DNA of 64,000 bases, taken from the sequence record SRR31156797_315; one strand, 5' to 3'. A program made the position numbers and the translations under genes. The notes under the pieces were generated by a model that was not told the origin of the DNA, searched no databases, and saw only the letters and a program-made list of their open reading frames with translations. This document shows, piece after piece, positions 9,918 through 19,470 of the stretch; the first letter of the stretch is position 1, and each line of letters starts with the position of its first letter.

Positions 9918-12110
9918 ATGAAAAAGATTTTTACGATTTGTATTGTAGCATTATGTATGCTTATGCCATTATCATCCTACAGCCAGTTTATAACTGCTCA
10001 GGATGATGCAGGGAATTATTCTGATTTCTCTAATGGGCTTAATGAAGGAAATGGATTTGGTACCTGGGTCATCTCTGCGCAAGGTGCAGGAGGTTCTTAT
10101 ATTGGTGCAACAGGACTTTCATCCAATTCATTTGGAATTTATGCCGGTGGTGGCGGAGGGAATAGTGCTGTGGCATCAAGAACATTTGATTTTGCATTGG
10201 AAATTGGAACTACATTTAGCTTTGATTTGGGTTATACGTCAATTGCATCTGGCGGTGAAATTGGCATCTCATTTTTTTCTGGTGAAAATTGGAGAATGAC
10301 TTTGAAATTTATCGGTGGGAATAGCTATTGGAAACTCAATGATGGCGGTTCTGATTTTGAGACTACAATACCATGGGATGGGACTAATCCCCCTCTTGAA
10401 ATTAGTTTAACAAGAGGCACTGGAAATAATTACACACTCGTATTATCTCAAAATGGAATAACATATAATGCCAATGATTACACAGCATCGTCCGGTGAGT
10501 TTTCTATCAGCAAATTTGATATTTATTCAATTGCACAGGGTAGCGGAGAGAATGTTGGGTTCGATACCTTCATTATAGAAGCAAGTGACCCTGCCAAGGT
10601 TCCGGCCACTGCCGATGTTACAATAAATGGAAATGTAACACTTGGCGCTTCACAAGCGCTTACGGTGAATGATTTGAGCATACCTGCAGGAAATTCTTTC
10701 ACGCTGGAATCAACAGCTTCTGGCACCGGATCGTTGATAATCAATGGTGCCTGTACTGATGAAATCAGTGTTCAGAGATTCCTCTCCGGCAACTGGGACT
10801 GGCATTTTCTTTCCTCACCTGTTGTTGATCAGCCTATAGTTGGTGCAGATAACTTTATTGATTTTCCCGGTGGGATTGGTGACCCATCCGTAGATTTTTA
10901 TAAACACGATGAAACCGAAATGAGCGGCCAGCCCTGGATCAATATTAAAAATGAGAATGGTACGCTTAACACAAGCTTTGGCAGCCCGTCAAGCGATCCG
11001 CTGTTTGAAGAAGGCTGGGGCTACCTGGTAGCTTATGCCGGAACAAAAGGTGATGTAACAAAAACATTTACCGGTGTACCCTTTCTCGATCAGGCATTTA
11101 TGATTTTAACTTACACAGATGGTGGTGGTGAAGGATGGAACCTGGTAGGAAATCCTTATACAAGTGCAGTAAGTTGGGATCAGGTTCGCTCAGATATGGG
11201 GTTAACGAATCTCTTTACAGAGACATATTATGTTTATAATGAAGCGATGAATGGTGGAGGTGGTGGATTCGAATGGTACACAAACCTGACCAGTCATAGC
11301 ACAAACATAGAATTTGGCAAAATACCGGCAATGCAGGCATTTTTTGTTCGCTCAAAGAATGTGGGTTTCCCGACTATGTTTTTGTCAAAAAATTCCAGGT
11401 TACATGATGAACAGGAATATTTTAAGCAGGATGATGGGGAAAGAAGTGACAGGCTTCAACTGAGTATCGCAGGTGAGAATTATAACAGCGATGCATATAT
11501 TTCGATAAGCGATGATGCTACAACCGGTGTGGATGCCACAGATGCTTTTTTGCTTTTTAGCCTTAATAGTTCTGTGCCTCACGTTTATAGTCTTGCAGGA
11601 GCAGATAAACTTGTTTCAAACAATGTGCCTTTCCCCGTTGAGGATTATAGTTTGCAAATTGGGATGAAGACCGGAATGCCGGGAAGTTATACCATTACAG
11701 CTGTGGGCATAGAAAACTTCAACAGCAGCATTCTGCCCATCCTCGAAGATACCCAAACCGGTGCCGAAATCGACCTGCGGTTTGAAGGCAGCTACACCTT
11801 TGATGTGTCTGAGTCCGGAATTAACAATTCCAGGTTTATCCTGCACTTAAAATCAGCTGTTGGTGTTACTGAAAATAGTGTAGTATCAGAAATTGCAGTA
11901 TCTGTTATTGGCAACCAGTTAAAAGTTTATAACCTTGAGCCCGGACAAAACACTGTTAAAATTATGGACACCATGGGCAGGGGTTTGGTGAGCGGAAAAT
12001 TAGATCACGACAACACCATTTCACTTCCGGCAAGTATTTCAGCAGGAACATACATTTTACAGGTTTCAAATGGTGACTGGCAATGGGTTGAGAAGTTTGT
12101 TGTGGATTGA
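9918..12110 (+). CDS. T9SS type A sorting domain-containing surface protein, function unknown
   Basis: Signal peptide; WHFLSSPV and GWNLVGNPY motifs common in Bacteroidota secreted proteins; C-terminal GTYILQVSNG..VEKFVVD. Confidence 0.75.
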   Translation: MKKIFTICIVALCMLMPLSSYSQFITAQDDAGNYSDFSNGLNEGNGFGTWVISAQGAGGSYIGATGLSSNSFGIYAGGGGGNSAVASRTFDFALEIGTTFSFDLGYTSIASGGEIGISFFSGENWRMTLKFIGGNSYWKLNDGGSDFETTIPWDGTNPPLEISLTRGTGNNYTLVLSQNGITYNANDYTASSGEFSISKFDIYSIAQGSGENVGFDTFIIEASDPAKVPATADVTINGNVTLGASQALTVNDLSIPAGNSFTLESTASGTGSLIINGACTDEISVQRFLSGNWDWHFLSSPVVDQPIVGADNFIDFPGGIGDPSVDFYKHDETEMSGQPWINIKNENGTLNTSFGSPSSDPLFEEGWGYLVAYAGTKGDVTKTFTGVPFLDQAFMILTYTDGGGEGWNLVGNPYTSAVSWDQVRSDMGLTNLFTETYYVYNEAMNGGGGGFEWYTNLTSHSTNIEFGKIPAMQAFFVRSKNVGFPTMFLSKNSRLHDEQEYFKQDDGERSDRLQLSIAGENYNSDAYISISDDATTGVDATDAFLLFSLNSSVPHVYSLAGADKLVSNNVPFPVEDYSLQIGMKTGMPGSYTITAVGIENFNSSILPILEDTQTGAEIDLRFEGSYTFDVSESGINNSRFILHLKSAVGVTENSVVSEIAVSVIGNQLKVYNLEPGQNTVKIMDTMGRGLVSGKLDHDNTISLPASISAGTYILQVSNGDWQWVEKFVVD

Positions 12111-12159
12111 AGCAGAGGGGTTTAACATTTTTTTAGTTGTGATAGTTTTTTTTGCGGCG

Positions 12160-12167
12160 TATTTTTG
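12160..12167 (+). promoter_or_regulatory. Bacteroidota primary-sigma -7 element (TAnnTTTG)
   Basis: TATTTTTG 36 nt upstream of the ATG at 12204. Confidence 0.45.
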
Positions 12168-12203
12168 GCGGCTTAGAAGTGTGAAACATAAATCAATTTA
12201 AAT

Positions 12204-14372
12204 ATGAAAAGAATTTTATTTTTTGCATTTGTTTTTTTGATGGGGAGTCATTCATTCTCCCAATCTAGAGCAGATTTTTACTGGAGTGGCGGAAGCCCTA
12301 CCTCTGATAATATTGATCAAGGAGACAATTGGTATACATCAGGGAATCCTGCTTCAGGGGATAATTTATATTTTGATAACACAGTAAATCGTCATTGGGC
12401 CTATAGTAATTATGGCGGCGGTTCTTATTTTGGAAATATTATTACATATGACGGTGCAGGAGGTATTAGATGGTATGGAGATAACACGTATGCATTGAAA
12501 TTCGAAAATTTTTCTGATGCTAATTTATTGGAATTAAGCCCTAGCAGTGCAACAGTTGGTAGTCGAGAAATAGGAAATCGGATAGATAATGATCTTGAGA
12601 TAAACCCTGTAGGATCTGGGGGTATATTAGTTTCGTGTGATAGAATAAGTATTGATAACTTAAATGGGGCAAGAACTTTAAAAATCTATGGAGATAACCT
12701 ACTGACCATTGACGGCTACATTTATGAGAAAAATGGAACTGGTGCACAATTGCAATTACTTGGAAGTGCAACTGTAATCATAAAGAGTAATTCGACTTAT
12801 ACTGGAGCAACAACTCTTGCATCTGGAATATTAGAATTGCAAGGGGGTATTGCGAGCAGTGATGTGATCGTTCAATCTGGAGCAACTCTAAAAATAAATG
12901 GTGATGACATTACCATCGCATCATTAACCGTAAATTCCGGAGGTATCGTTAATGTTGAACCTGGAAAGTCATTGACTGTATCAGGAAATTATTCGAATAG
13001 TGGCACAGTTACTCTGCATTCTGATGCTTCTGGTACAGCTTCACTTATTGTTAATGGTTCAGTTACCGGCGATGTGACTGTCGAAAAATACCTGGCTACT
13101 GAAACGGAATGGAATTATATGGCAGAATCGGTAAATGCTGGTACAAGTTTCGATGATGCCTTTGGTGCGAACGATCCTACGGAATTGTATGAATGGGATG
13201 AATCTTTTACAAATGGAACCATTGGTTGGTGGTTGGATTTGACTGATGAGCTGACCAGCTCTGATTTTGAACCTGCCAAAGGATATGCCATGTCATATTA
13301 TGTGGCACCTAAAGCAAATACCTACACCCTTACCGGTGCTCCATATACAAGCGACCAATCCATTACTTTAACAAAAACTGCTAATAGCACTGGTGAAGGC
13401 TGGAACCTGGTTGGTAATCCTTTTACTGCTACCCTGGCAGGAAACAGCGCGGCACAAACAACCAATAATTTTCTGGATGAAAATGCAGGTGTACTGGATG
13501 ATACCTACACAGCCATGTATTTCTGGAATGAAGGTAATGGTGATTATGATGCTGTGGATAATGCTTCAGGTGCGACATACATTGATGTAGGAAGGGCATT
13601 TATGGTTTTGACAGATGCAAACAACTCAACATTGAACTTCAATGAGTCCATCCGCAAACATGCAGATAACATAGTAATGAAAGGTGCGCTTTCCGATCCA
13701 TTCTTTGAACTTCAGGTAACTGATAATGATAAGCTGATCAACGAAATAGAATTTGTCTTTATTGACGGCATGACCAAAGGTCTTGATCCATCCTATGATG
13801 CTGGGAAATTTCAAGGGAACCCGGATATTGCATTCTACAGTTTCCTTACTGAAACCAATGACACCAAATTCGATATTCAGGCTCTTCCACCGCTCACTGA
13901 AGGGTATTCAGTTCCTATTGGACTTAGAGTAGCCAATGCTGGAAATTATACCTTTAAGGTAAAAACCCTGATCAATTTCGATCCCGGAACACCAATAACC
14001 CTTGAAGATCGCCTGACTGGTGAACTTACAGATCTTACCGTTATTCCGGAGTACAACTTCACAGTATCTGAAGCAGGTACATTTGATGACCGGTTTGTAC
14101 TTCACTTCAAATCATCTGTTGGTATTCCCGAAGGTGTTGCTGAAAGTAACCCCACCATCGCCATCCAAAACCAACAACTGAGCATCTCTGATTTACAACC
14201 CGGAAATGTTGATCTCAGGATTATTGATATCATGGGCCGGGTGGTTGCAACCGAATCGCTGAATGCTCAAGATGGGCAGGTCAGTTTACCTATCCATCTA
14301 AATTCAGGCATTTATATCTTGGAAATAAATACAGATTATCATACCTTTGCGCACAAGATCAGTGTAAAATAA
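12204..14372 (+). CDS. T9SS type A surface protein with an autotransporter-associated beta-strand repeat; C-terminal half paralogous to 9918..12110
   Basis: NSTYTGATTLASGILELQG repeat motif; shared SGTASLIVNG, GEGWNLVGNPF and RFVLHFKS blocks; CTD GIYILEI..AHKISVK. Confidence 0.75.
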   Translation: MKRILFFAFVFLMGSHSFSQSRADFYWSGGSPTSDNIDQGDNWYTSGNPASGDNLYFDNTVNRHWAYSNYGGGSYFGNIITYDGAGGIRWYGDNTYALKFENFSDANLLELSPSSATVGSREIGNRIDNDLEINPVGSGGILVSCDRISIDNLNGARTLKIYGDNLLTIDGYIYEKNGTGAQLQLLGSATVIIKSNSTYTGATTLASGILELQGGIASSDVIVQSGATLKINGDDITIASLTVNSGGIVNVEPGKSLTVSGNYSNSGTVTLHSDASGTASLIVNGSVTGDVTVEKYLATETEWNYMAESVNAGTSFDDAFGANDPTELYEWDESFTNGTIGWWLDLTDELTSSDFEPAKGYAMSYYVAPKANTYTLTGAPYTSDQSITLTKTANSTGEGWNLVGNPFTATLAGNSAAQTTNNFLDENAGVLDDTYTAMYFWNEGNGDYDAVDNASGATYIDVGRAFMVLTDANNSTLNFNESIRKHADNIVMKGALSDPFFELQVTDNDKLINEIEFVFIDGMTKGLDPSYDAGKFQGNPDIAFYSFLTETNDTKFDIQALPPLTEGYSVPIGLRVANAGNYTFKVKTLINFDPGTPITLEDRLTGELTDLTVIPEYNFTVSEAGTFDDRFVLHFKSSVGIPEGVAESNPTIAIQNQQLSISDLQPGNVDLRIIDIMGRVVATESLNAQDGQVSLPIHLNSGIYILEINTDYHTFAHKISVK

Positions 14373-14385
14373 AAAATCAGGAACG

Positions 14386-14616
14386 ATGAAAAAGAATTTA
14401 TCAATTTCGACAGGTATAGTATTGCTGTTTATACTGCTCGCTTTCAATATTAATGTTCATGCAGGATCACCCCCTCCACCCCCACCTCCGGGCCATGGCA
14501 CTGGTGGTAATGTTCCCGGTGGCGGCGCACCCGTTGGAGAAGGTTTAATGTTGCTGGTGGCACTCGGAGCTGCCTATGGATATAAGAAGTGGAAAGCATC
14601 AGGCAAAGAAGAATAA
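14386..14616 (+). CDS. Small secreted Pro/Gly-rich protein with a PID-CTERM-like C-terminal sorting signal
   Basis: Signal peptide ending VHA, linker GSPPPPPPPGHGTGGNVPGGG, then APVGEG, a hydrophobic helix and YGYKKWK; starts 13 nt after the preceding T9SS gene. Confidence 0.75.
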   Translation: MKKNLSISTGIVLLFILLAFNINVHAGSPPPPPPPGHGTGGNVPGGGAPVGEGLMLLVALGAAYGYKKWKASGKEE

Positions 14617-14639
14617 ACACCACGAATAAAAAATATTTG

Positions 14640-14675
14640 AACAGGTTCATTTTTAATAATGAGCCTGTTTTTTTT
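14640..14675 (+). terminator. Intrinsic terminator
   Basis: AACAGGTTCATT-loop-AATGAGCCTGTT followed by a T-run. Confidence 0.7.
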
Positions 14676-14808
14676 ATGCCTGAAATTATGGCAGTGTCTC
14701 CTGCTCTGTCAAGCGGTGATTTAAGGTCACACACCTTTCTGAAATGACTCATTAGCAATTTGCACGAATTTTGATCAGGATGTCAGTCTAAACTAAGGAG
14801 ATCATAAA

Positions 14809-15750
14809 ATGGAATACAGAGATTATTACGAAATATTAGGTGTGGATAAAAAAGCCGGCCAGGATGAGATTAAGAAGAAATACCGGAAGCTGGCACAAAA
14901 ATACCATCCTGACCGCAATCCGGATAATAAACAGGCAGAGGATCAATTCAAGGAAATACAGGAAGCTTATGAAGTGCTGAAAGACCCTGAAAAACGTGAG
15001 AAATACGACAGGTTAGGTGCCAACTGGAAACAATATCAGCACGCCGGTGCAGGAGCAGGCGGATTCGACTTTTCAGATTGGGCACAATCTGGTGGAGGCA
15101 GGCAATACCGCAGTTCCTTTGATGATATGTTTGGAGGTGCAGGAGGTGGCTTCAGCGATTTTTTCCAGAGTTTTTTCGGGGGGGAGTTTTCCGGAAAACA
15201 GGGGTTTGGTGGCAGAAGGCATGGTGGATTTCAGCAGATGAAAGGCCGGGATTATGAAGCCAGTATCCGGCTCAACCTCACTGATGCCTACCACGGCACA
15301 AACACAGTGCTCAATGTGGACGGCAAAAAAATAAGGGTAAACCTTAAACCGGGCGTACACAACGGACAAACACTGCGGGTAAAAGGTAAAGGCGGTGCAT
15401 CACAGGCTGGTGGCCCAAACGGAGATTTGTTGCTTAAGCTGCAAGTGGCAAATAACACCAAATTTAAAGTTGAGGGATCTGATCTTCATCTGCCTGTTGA
15501 TGTTGATTTATACACAGCATTGCTTGGGGGAAAAGTTACGGTGAATACGATAATAAAAACCATCAACATAACACTACCCGCTGAAACACCCAATGGAAAG
15601 GTGTTGAGACTTAAAGGAATGGGAATGCCTGTTTATGGGAAAGCCGGTGAAAAAGGTGATCTGTACGTAAAAATCAATATAGTGCTGCCTAAAAACCTGA
15701 ATCAGGAGGAGACGGACCTGATCAAAAAACTTGCTGAAATACGAAAATAA
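14809..15750 (+). CDS. DnaJ class II co-chaperone (CbpA-like)
   Basis: J domain with HPD motif (KYHPDRNP), G/F-rich linker, DnaJ C-terminal domain, no zinc finger. Confidence 0.92.
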   Translation: MEYRDYYEILGVDKKAGQDEIKKKYRKLAQKYHPDRNPDNKQAEDQFKEIQEAYEVLKDPEKREKYDRLGANWKQYQHAGAGAGGFDFSDWAQSGGGRQYRSSFDDMFGGAGGGFSDFFQSFFGGEFSGKQGFGGRRHGGFQQMKGRDYEASIRLNLTDAYHGTNTVLNVDGKKIRVNLKPGVHNGQTLRVKGKGGASQAGGPNGDLLLKLQVANNTKFKVEGSDLHLPVDVDLYTALLGGKVTVNTIIKTINITLPAETPNGKVLRLKGMGMPVYGKAGEKGDLYVKINIVLPKNLNQEETDLIKKLAEIRK

Positions 15751-15755
15751 TACTG

Positions 15756-15784
15756 ACGGCAATCCATTTCGGGTTGCCGTTTTA
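15756..15784 (+). terminator. Intrinsic terminator
   Basis: ACGGCAATCC-ATTTC-GGGTTGCCGT followed by TTT. Confidence 0.65.
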
Positions 15785-15942
15785 CTTTAGGGCAACCGAA
15801 GGTTCGGAGTGATTTTAAAAAATGTGGCCAATCCCGGTGTTAAAACTCAATTCCTGAAAATATTTGTATACTATTGCCGTTACTCAAACCTGATTATTTA
15901 ACTAAACGATGCTGATCGGACAAACCATTACTATTCATTCGT

Positions 15943-18258
15943 ATGAAAAACCGTTACTCTACCCTCCTGATATGGGCAGCCCTGCTACTGTTAACCTCAT
16001 TTTCACAAGTCAATGCACAGGATGCTACAATCCGCGGATTTATCTATGAAAAGGAAACTGGTGAACCAGTGATTTTCACCAACGTTTACCTGTATCAAAC
16101 TTCATATGGTGCGGCCTCAGATGTAAATGGCTATTTTGCGATCACAAAAATCCCACCCGGATCATACACACTTATGGTTACCTATTTGGGTTACGATACC
16201 CTCAGAATGGAGGTCACTTTATCCCCGGGGCAAATACAATCCGAAAACCTTTATCTTACAAAATCTTCTGTAATGCTGGGAACAGTTAGTGTATCCGCCG
16301 AAAGGCAGGCAGCTAAAACGGAGACAAGAACATCAATCGTAAAAGTCACTCCGCTTGAGATCAAACAAATACCCACTGTTGGTGGGCAGGCTGACATTGC
16401 ACAGTATCTGCAGGTATTGCCCGGTGTTATTTTTACTGGTGACCAGGGTGGACAACTCTATATTCGTGGAGGTTCTCCAATACAGAACAAGGTCCTGCTC
16501 GATGGAATGGTCATCTACAATCCATTTCACTCCATTGGTTTGTTTTCAGTTTTCGAAACGGATATTATCAGAAACGCCGACATCTATACCGGTGGATTTA
16601 ATGCTGATCATGGTGGGCGGATTTCTTCAGTTATGGATATTACCACACGTGATGGGAATAAAAAACGGCTGGCAGGTAAGATTGGTGCTTCAACCTTTGG
16701 TGCCAACGTTCTCCTTGAAGGACCGCTTAAAAAGCAACCTGAAGATGGTGGCGGCAGCTCATCCTTTATCTTTTCCGCCAAGAACTCATATCTGGAACAA
16801 TCATCAAAGATATTCTATGACTATGTTGATGAAGATGGCTTGCCATTTAATTTCCTCGACCTGTATGGTAAAGTATCGATCAATGGTTCCAATGGCAGTA
16901 AGGTGAACCTCTTCGGATTCAATTATACCGATAGGGTGAATTATCAGGATATTTCTGATTACAACTGGGATGCTTTTGGCGGTGGTGCCAATTTTGTGAT
17001 CATTCCCGGCAATTCTCCTGTTCTCATGGAAGGCGTAATGGCTTATTCATCGTACAAAATGCAACTCAACGAAGAGAATCAGGCCCCCCGTACAAGTTCG
17101 ATCAACGGCTTTAACGCTGCATTGAATTTTAACTATTTCATGGGTAAGGATGAATTGAAATGGGGACTGGAGCTCAATGGGTTTAAAACTGATTTTGAAT
17201 TTTTCAACGAAACCGGTTCGCGTATCGAACAGGAACAGAATACAACTGAGATTGCCGTTTATGGGAAATATAAACTCACAGTTGGTAAGTTTTTAATTGA
17301 GCCCGGATTGCGTTTGCAATGGTATGCTTCTTTGTCTGAAATCTCGCTGGAGCCACGATTTTCCATGAAATATAACGCATCAGACATTACCCGCTTCAAA
17401 CTTGCTGCAGGGCTCTATTCACAAAACCTCATCAGTGCACGCTCCGATCGCGATGTTGTAAACCTGTTTTATGGTTTCCTGTCAGGCCCGGAAAACCTTC
17501 CAGAGGAGTTCGATGGAGAGGAAGTTACAAGCAAGCTGCAAAAGTCACAGCACATCGTTGTTGGTGTGGAGCAGGATTTTAGTCGCCATCTCACTGTGAA
17601 CCTTGAAGGATATTACAAGTATTTCCCGCAGTTAACCAACCTTAACCGGTATAAGATTTACAACGAGGATGATGCCCCTTCGGGAACTCCGGATATTGAG
17701 AAAAAGGATTTCCTGATCGAAAAAGGCCGTGCCTACGGTATTGATCTATCTTTGAAATACAACCGTGACGGCATTTATTTGTGGGGAGCATATTCGTTTG
17801 CGTTTGTCGAAAAGTATGATGGCGAGATCTGGTACTATCCCCATTACGACCGTCGCCACAACCTGAATATGTTGGCTTCATATACATTCGGCGACCTGAA
17901 CCAGTGGGAGGTGAGTATGCGCTGGAATTTTGGCACCGGATTTCCATTTACCCAAACGCTCGGATATTATGAGAAGCTTCTTTTCCCTGGAGGACTAAAT
18001 TCCGATTTCATAACCGAAAATGGCCAAATGGGTATCCAGTATGCTGATCTAAACGAAGGCAGACTACCCACATATCACAGGTTGGACTTTAATTTCAAAA
18101 GGATATTCTTTCTTTCTGAAAACACCAAACTGCAGGCTGATTTCAGTGTAACCAACCTCTACGACCGTGAAAATGTGTTTTACGTAAACAGAATTTCAGG
18201 TGATATCGTACGGCAGTTACCTATCATGCCCAGCCTTGGCCTCACACTTACATTCTAA
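15943..18258 (+). CDS. TonB-dependent receptor (non-SusC type)
   Basis: N-terminal carboxypeptidase-regulatory-like domain; plug motifs LQVLPGV, LYIRGGSPIQNKVLLDG, GGRISSVMDI; C-terminal barrel ending LGLTLTF. Confidence 0.88.
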   Translation: MKNRYSTLLIWAALLLLTSFSQVNAQDATIRGFIYEKETGEPVIFTNVYLYQTSYGAASDVNGYFAITKIPPGSYTLMVTYLGYDTLRMEVTLSPGQIQSENLYLTKSSVMLGTVSVSAERQAAKTETRTSIVKVTPLEIKQIPTVGGQADIAQYLQVLPGVIFTGDQGGQLYIRGGSPIQNKVLLDGMVIYNPFHSIGLFSVFETDIIRNADIYTGGFNADHGGRISSVMDITTRDGNKKRLAGKIGASTFGANVLLEGPLKKQPEDGGGSSSFIFSAKNSYLEQSSKIFYDYVDEDGLPFNFLDLYGKVSINGSNGSKVNLFGFNYTDRVNYQDISDYNWDAFGGGANFVIIPGNSPVLMEGVMAYSSYKMQLNEENQAPRTSSINGFNAALNFNYFMGKDELKWGLELNGFKTDFEFFNETGSRIEQEQNTTEIAVYGKYKLTVGKFLIEPGLRLQWYASLSEISLEPRFSMKYNASDITRFKLAAGLYSQNLISARSDRDVVNLFYGFLSGPENLPEEFDGEEVTSKLQKSQHIVVGVEQDFSRHLTVNLEGYYKYFPQLTNLNRYKIYNEDDAPSGTPDIEKKDFLIEKGRAYGIDLSLKYNRDGIYLWGAYSFAFVEKYDGEIWYYPHYDRRHNLNMLASYTFGDLNQWEVSMRWNFGTGFPFTQTLGYYEKLLFPGGLNSDFITENGQMGIQYADLNEGRLPTYHRLDFNFKRIFFLSENTKLQADFSVTNLYDRENVFYVNRISGDIVRQLPIMPSLGLTLTF

Positions 18259-18307
18259 TCTGTAAGACCTTACGCCGATTCACAAACCTTTCACGTACTA
18301 AAAAACA

Positions 18308-18355
18308 GAAAAAAAGCCCTCCATCGGGGGTTGGTGATGGAAGGCTTTTGTTTTT
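18308..18355. terminator. Bidirectional intrinsic terminator
   Basis: A-run, AAGCCCTCCATC-loop-GATGGAAGGCTT, T-run. Confidence 0.75.
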
Positions 18356-18582
18356 AGGACTTGCAGTTGAGGAATTTTCATTAACCAAACCTATATTTAG
18401 TAAATAACCTCAACCAGTTTTATTGCACCGAAACTGTTTTTGGGATAAGGGGGCCCATTTAAGGGGGACGAAATAAATGGGTAAGATGAAAATGGATAAT
18501 TCTGCCTGATAATTCTAGATGTTAACAAACAGCTCGGGATGCAATATTTTAAAGAACGAATGACTTGCTTGTAACAAAATCT
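18308..18582 (-). ncRNA. Candidate ~270-nt structured small RNA
   Basis: Minus-strand promoter-like TTTG-N20-TATCTTAG (18618-18587), internal stems, terminator with U-run on the minus strand, no long ORF. Confidence 0.4.
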
Positions 18583-18915
18583 GAGGCTAAGATATACCCA
18601 ATGAAATTAAAAAGCAAACAAACATGTCTTCCTGATATATATGTTGATTATCATGATGTGTGCGTTTTTTTGGATGAGCGTTGGGGTTTTTTGATTAAAC
18701 GTTTGGGAAAGTTAAATAAGCGTGTCTGCAAAAAAAATTCAAAAATTATCTAATTTTTACGTGTTCTAAATAAAAACTTTTCGATTCTACAGTTTTTCAA
18801 AACCGATTCTGGTTTTAATCTTCAATAAAATTTAGCCGTCTGCTTTTAAAAATGACATCAATTGCTTATTTTTACGGATAATAAGTTTTTAAATAAATTT
18901 GAAAGTGAGGCTCAT

Positions 18916-19413
18916 ATGAAAAAGATTTTGTTATTGATGTTTTTTAGTGCCCTGATTTTCAGTAGTTGCAATCAGCAACCCAGGGAAGCGAAAGTTGATA
19001 TTCAAAAGGAGCGTGATGCCATTAAACTTGTTCTGGAAAAATATGCCATTGCCAATGAAAACCAGGACATGGTAATGATTGAGGAAATTTGGTGCCCCTC
19101 AGAACGAATTATCAGTTTTGGTACAGAATCGGGTGAAAAAATTGTTGGTTGGGTTGAAATTAAAAAGGCTGTAGAATCACAGTTTGCTCAGTTAAGCAAT
19201 ACATTTATTTCTTATCGTGATCAGATTATCGAAGTTAACGAAACGGGAAATACAGCCTGGTTTAGCGAGATTATCAATTACAATTTCATCCGGAATGGTG
19301 CGGCACATAGTTACGAGGGACTACGCTACAGCGGTGTATTGGTAAAAAAAGATGGCAACTGGCTATTGGTCCAGACCCATATGTCGGTACCGGAAAAACC
19401 AAAGATCAAGTAG
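18916..19413 (+). CDS. NTF2/SnoaL-like family lipoprotein
   Basis: Start moved to MKKILLLMFFSALIFSSC (lipobox); GNTAWFS and RYSGVLVKKDGNWLLVQTHMS are typical of the SnoaL-like fold. Confidence 0.8.
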   Translation: MKKILLLMFFSALIFSSCNQQPREAKVDIQKERDAIKLVLEKYAIANENQDMVMIEEIWCPSERIISFGTESGEKIVGWVEIKKAVESQFAQLSNTFISYRDQIIEVNETGNTAWFSEIINYNFIRNGAAHSYEGLRYSGVLVKKDGNWLLVQTHMSVPEKPKIK

Positions 19414-19414
19414 C

Positions 19415-19456
19415 AAAAAAAAGCTGTTTCAGAGTACTCCGAAACAGCCTTTTTTA
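19415..19456. terminator. Bidirectional terminator between convergent genes
   Basis: A-run, GCTGTTTC-loop-GAAACAGC, T-run. Confidence 0.8.
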
Positions 19457-19470
19457 CGTATATCTTAAAG

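Noticed and set aside
14450-14758. 102-aa minus-strand ORF
   Set aside because: Overlaps the better-supported PID-CTERM-like gene and its terminator; no recognisable motif.
14758-14775. TTTGCACGAATTTTGAT as a sigma-54 promoter for the DnaJ-like gene
   Set aside because: Both the -24 GG and the -12 GC dinucleotides deviate from consensus; too weak to call.
18565-18753. 62-aa plus-strand ORF
   Set aside because: TTG start in an AT-rich promoter region, no motif; likely spurious.
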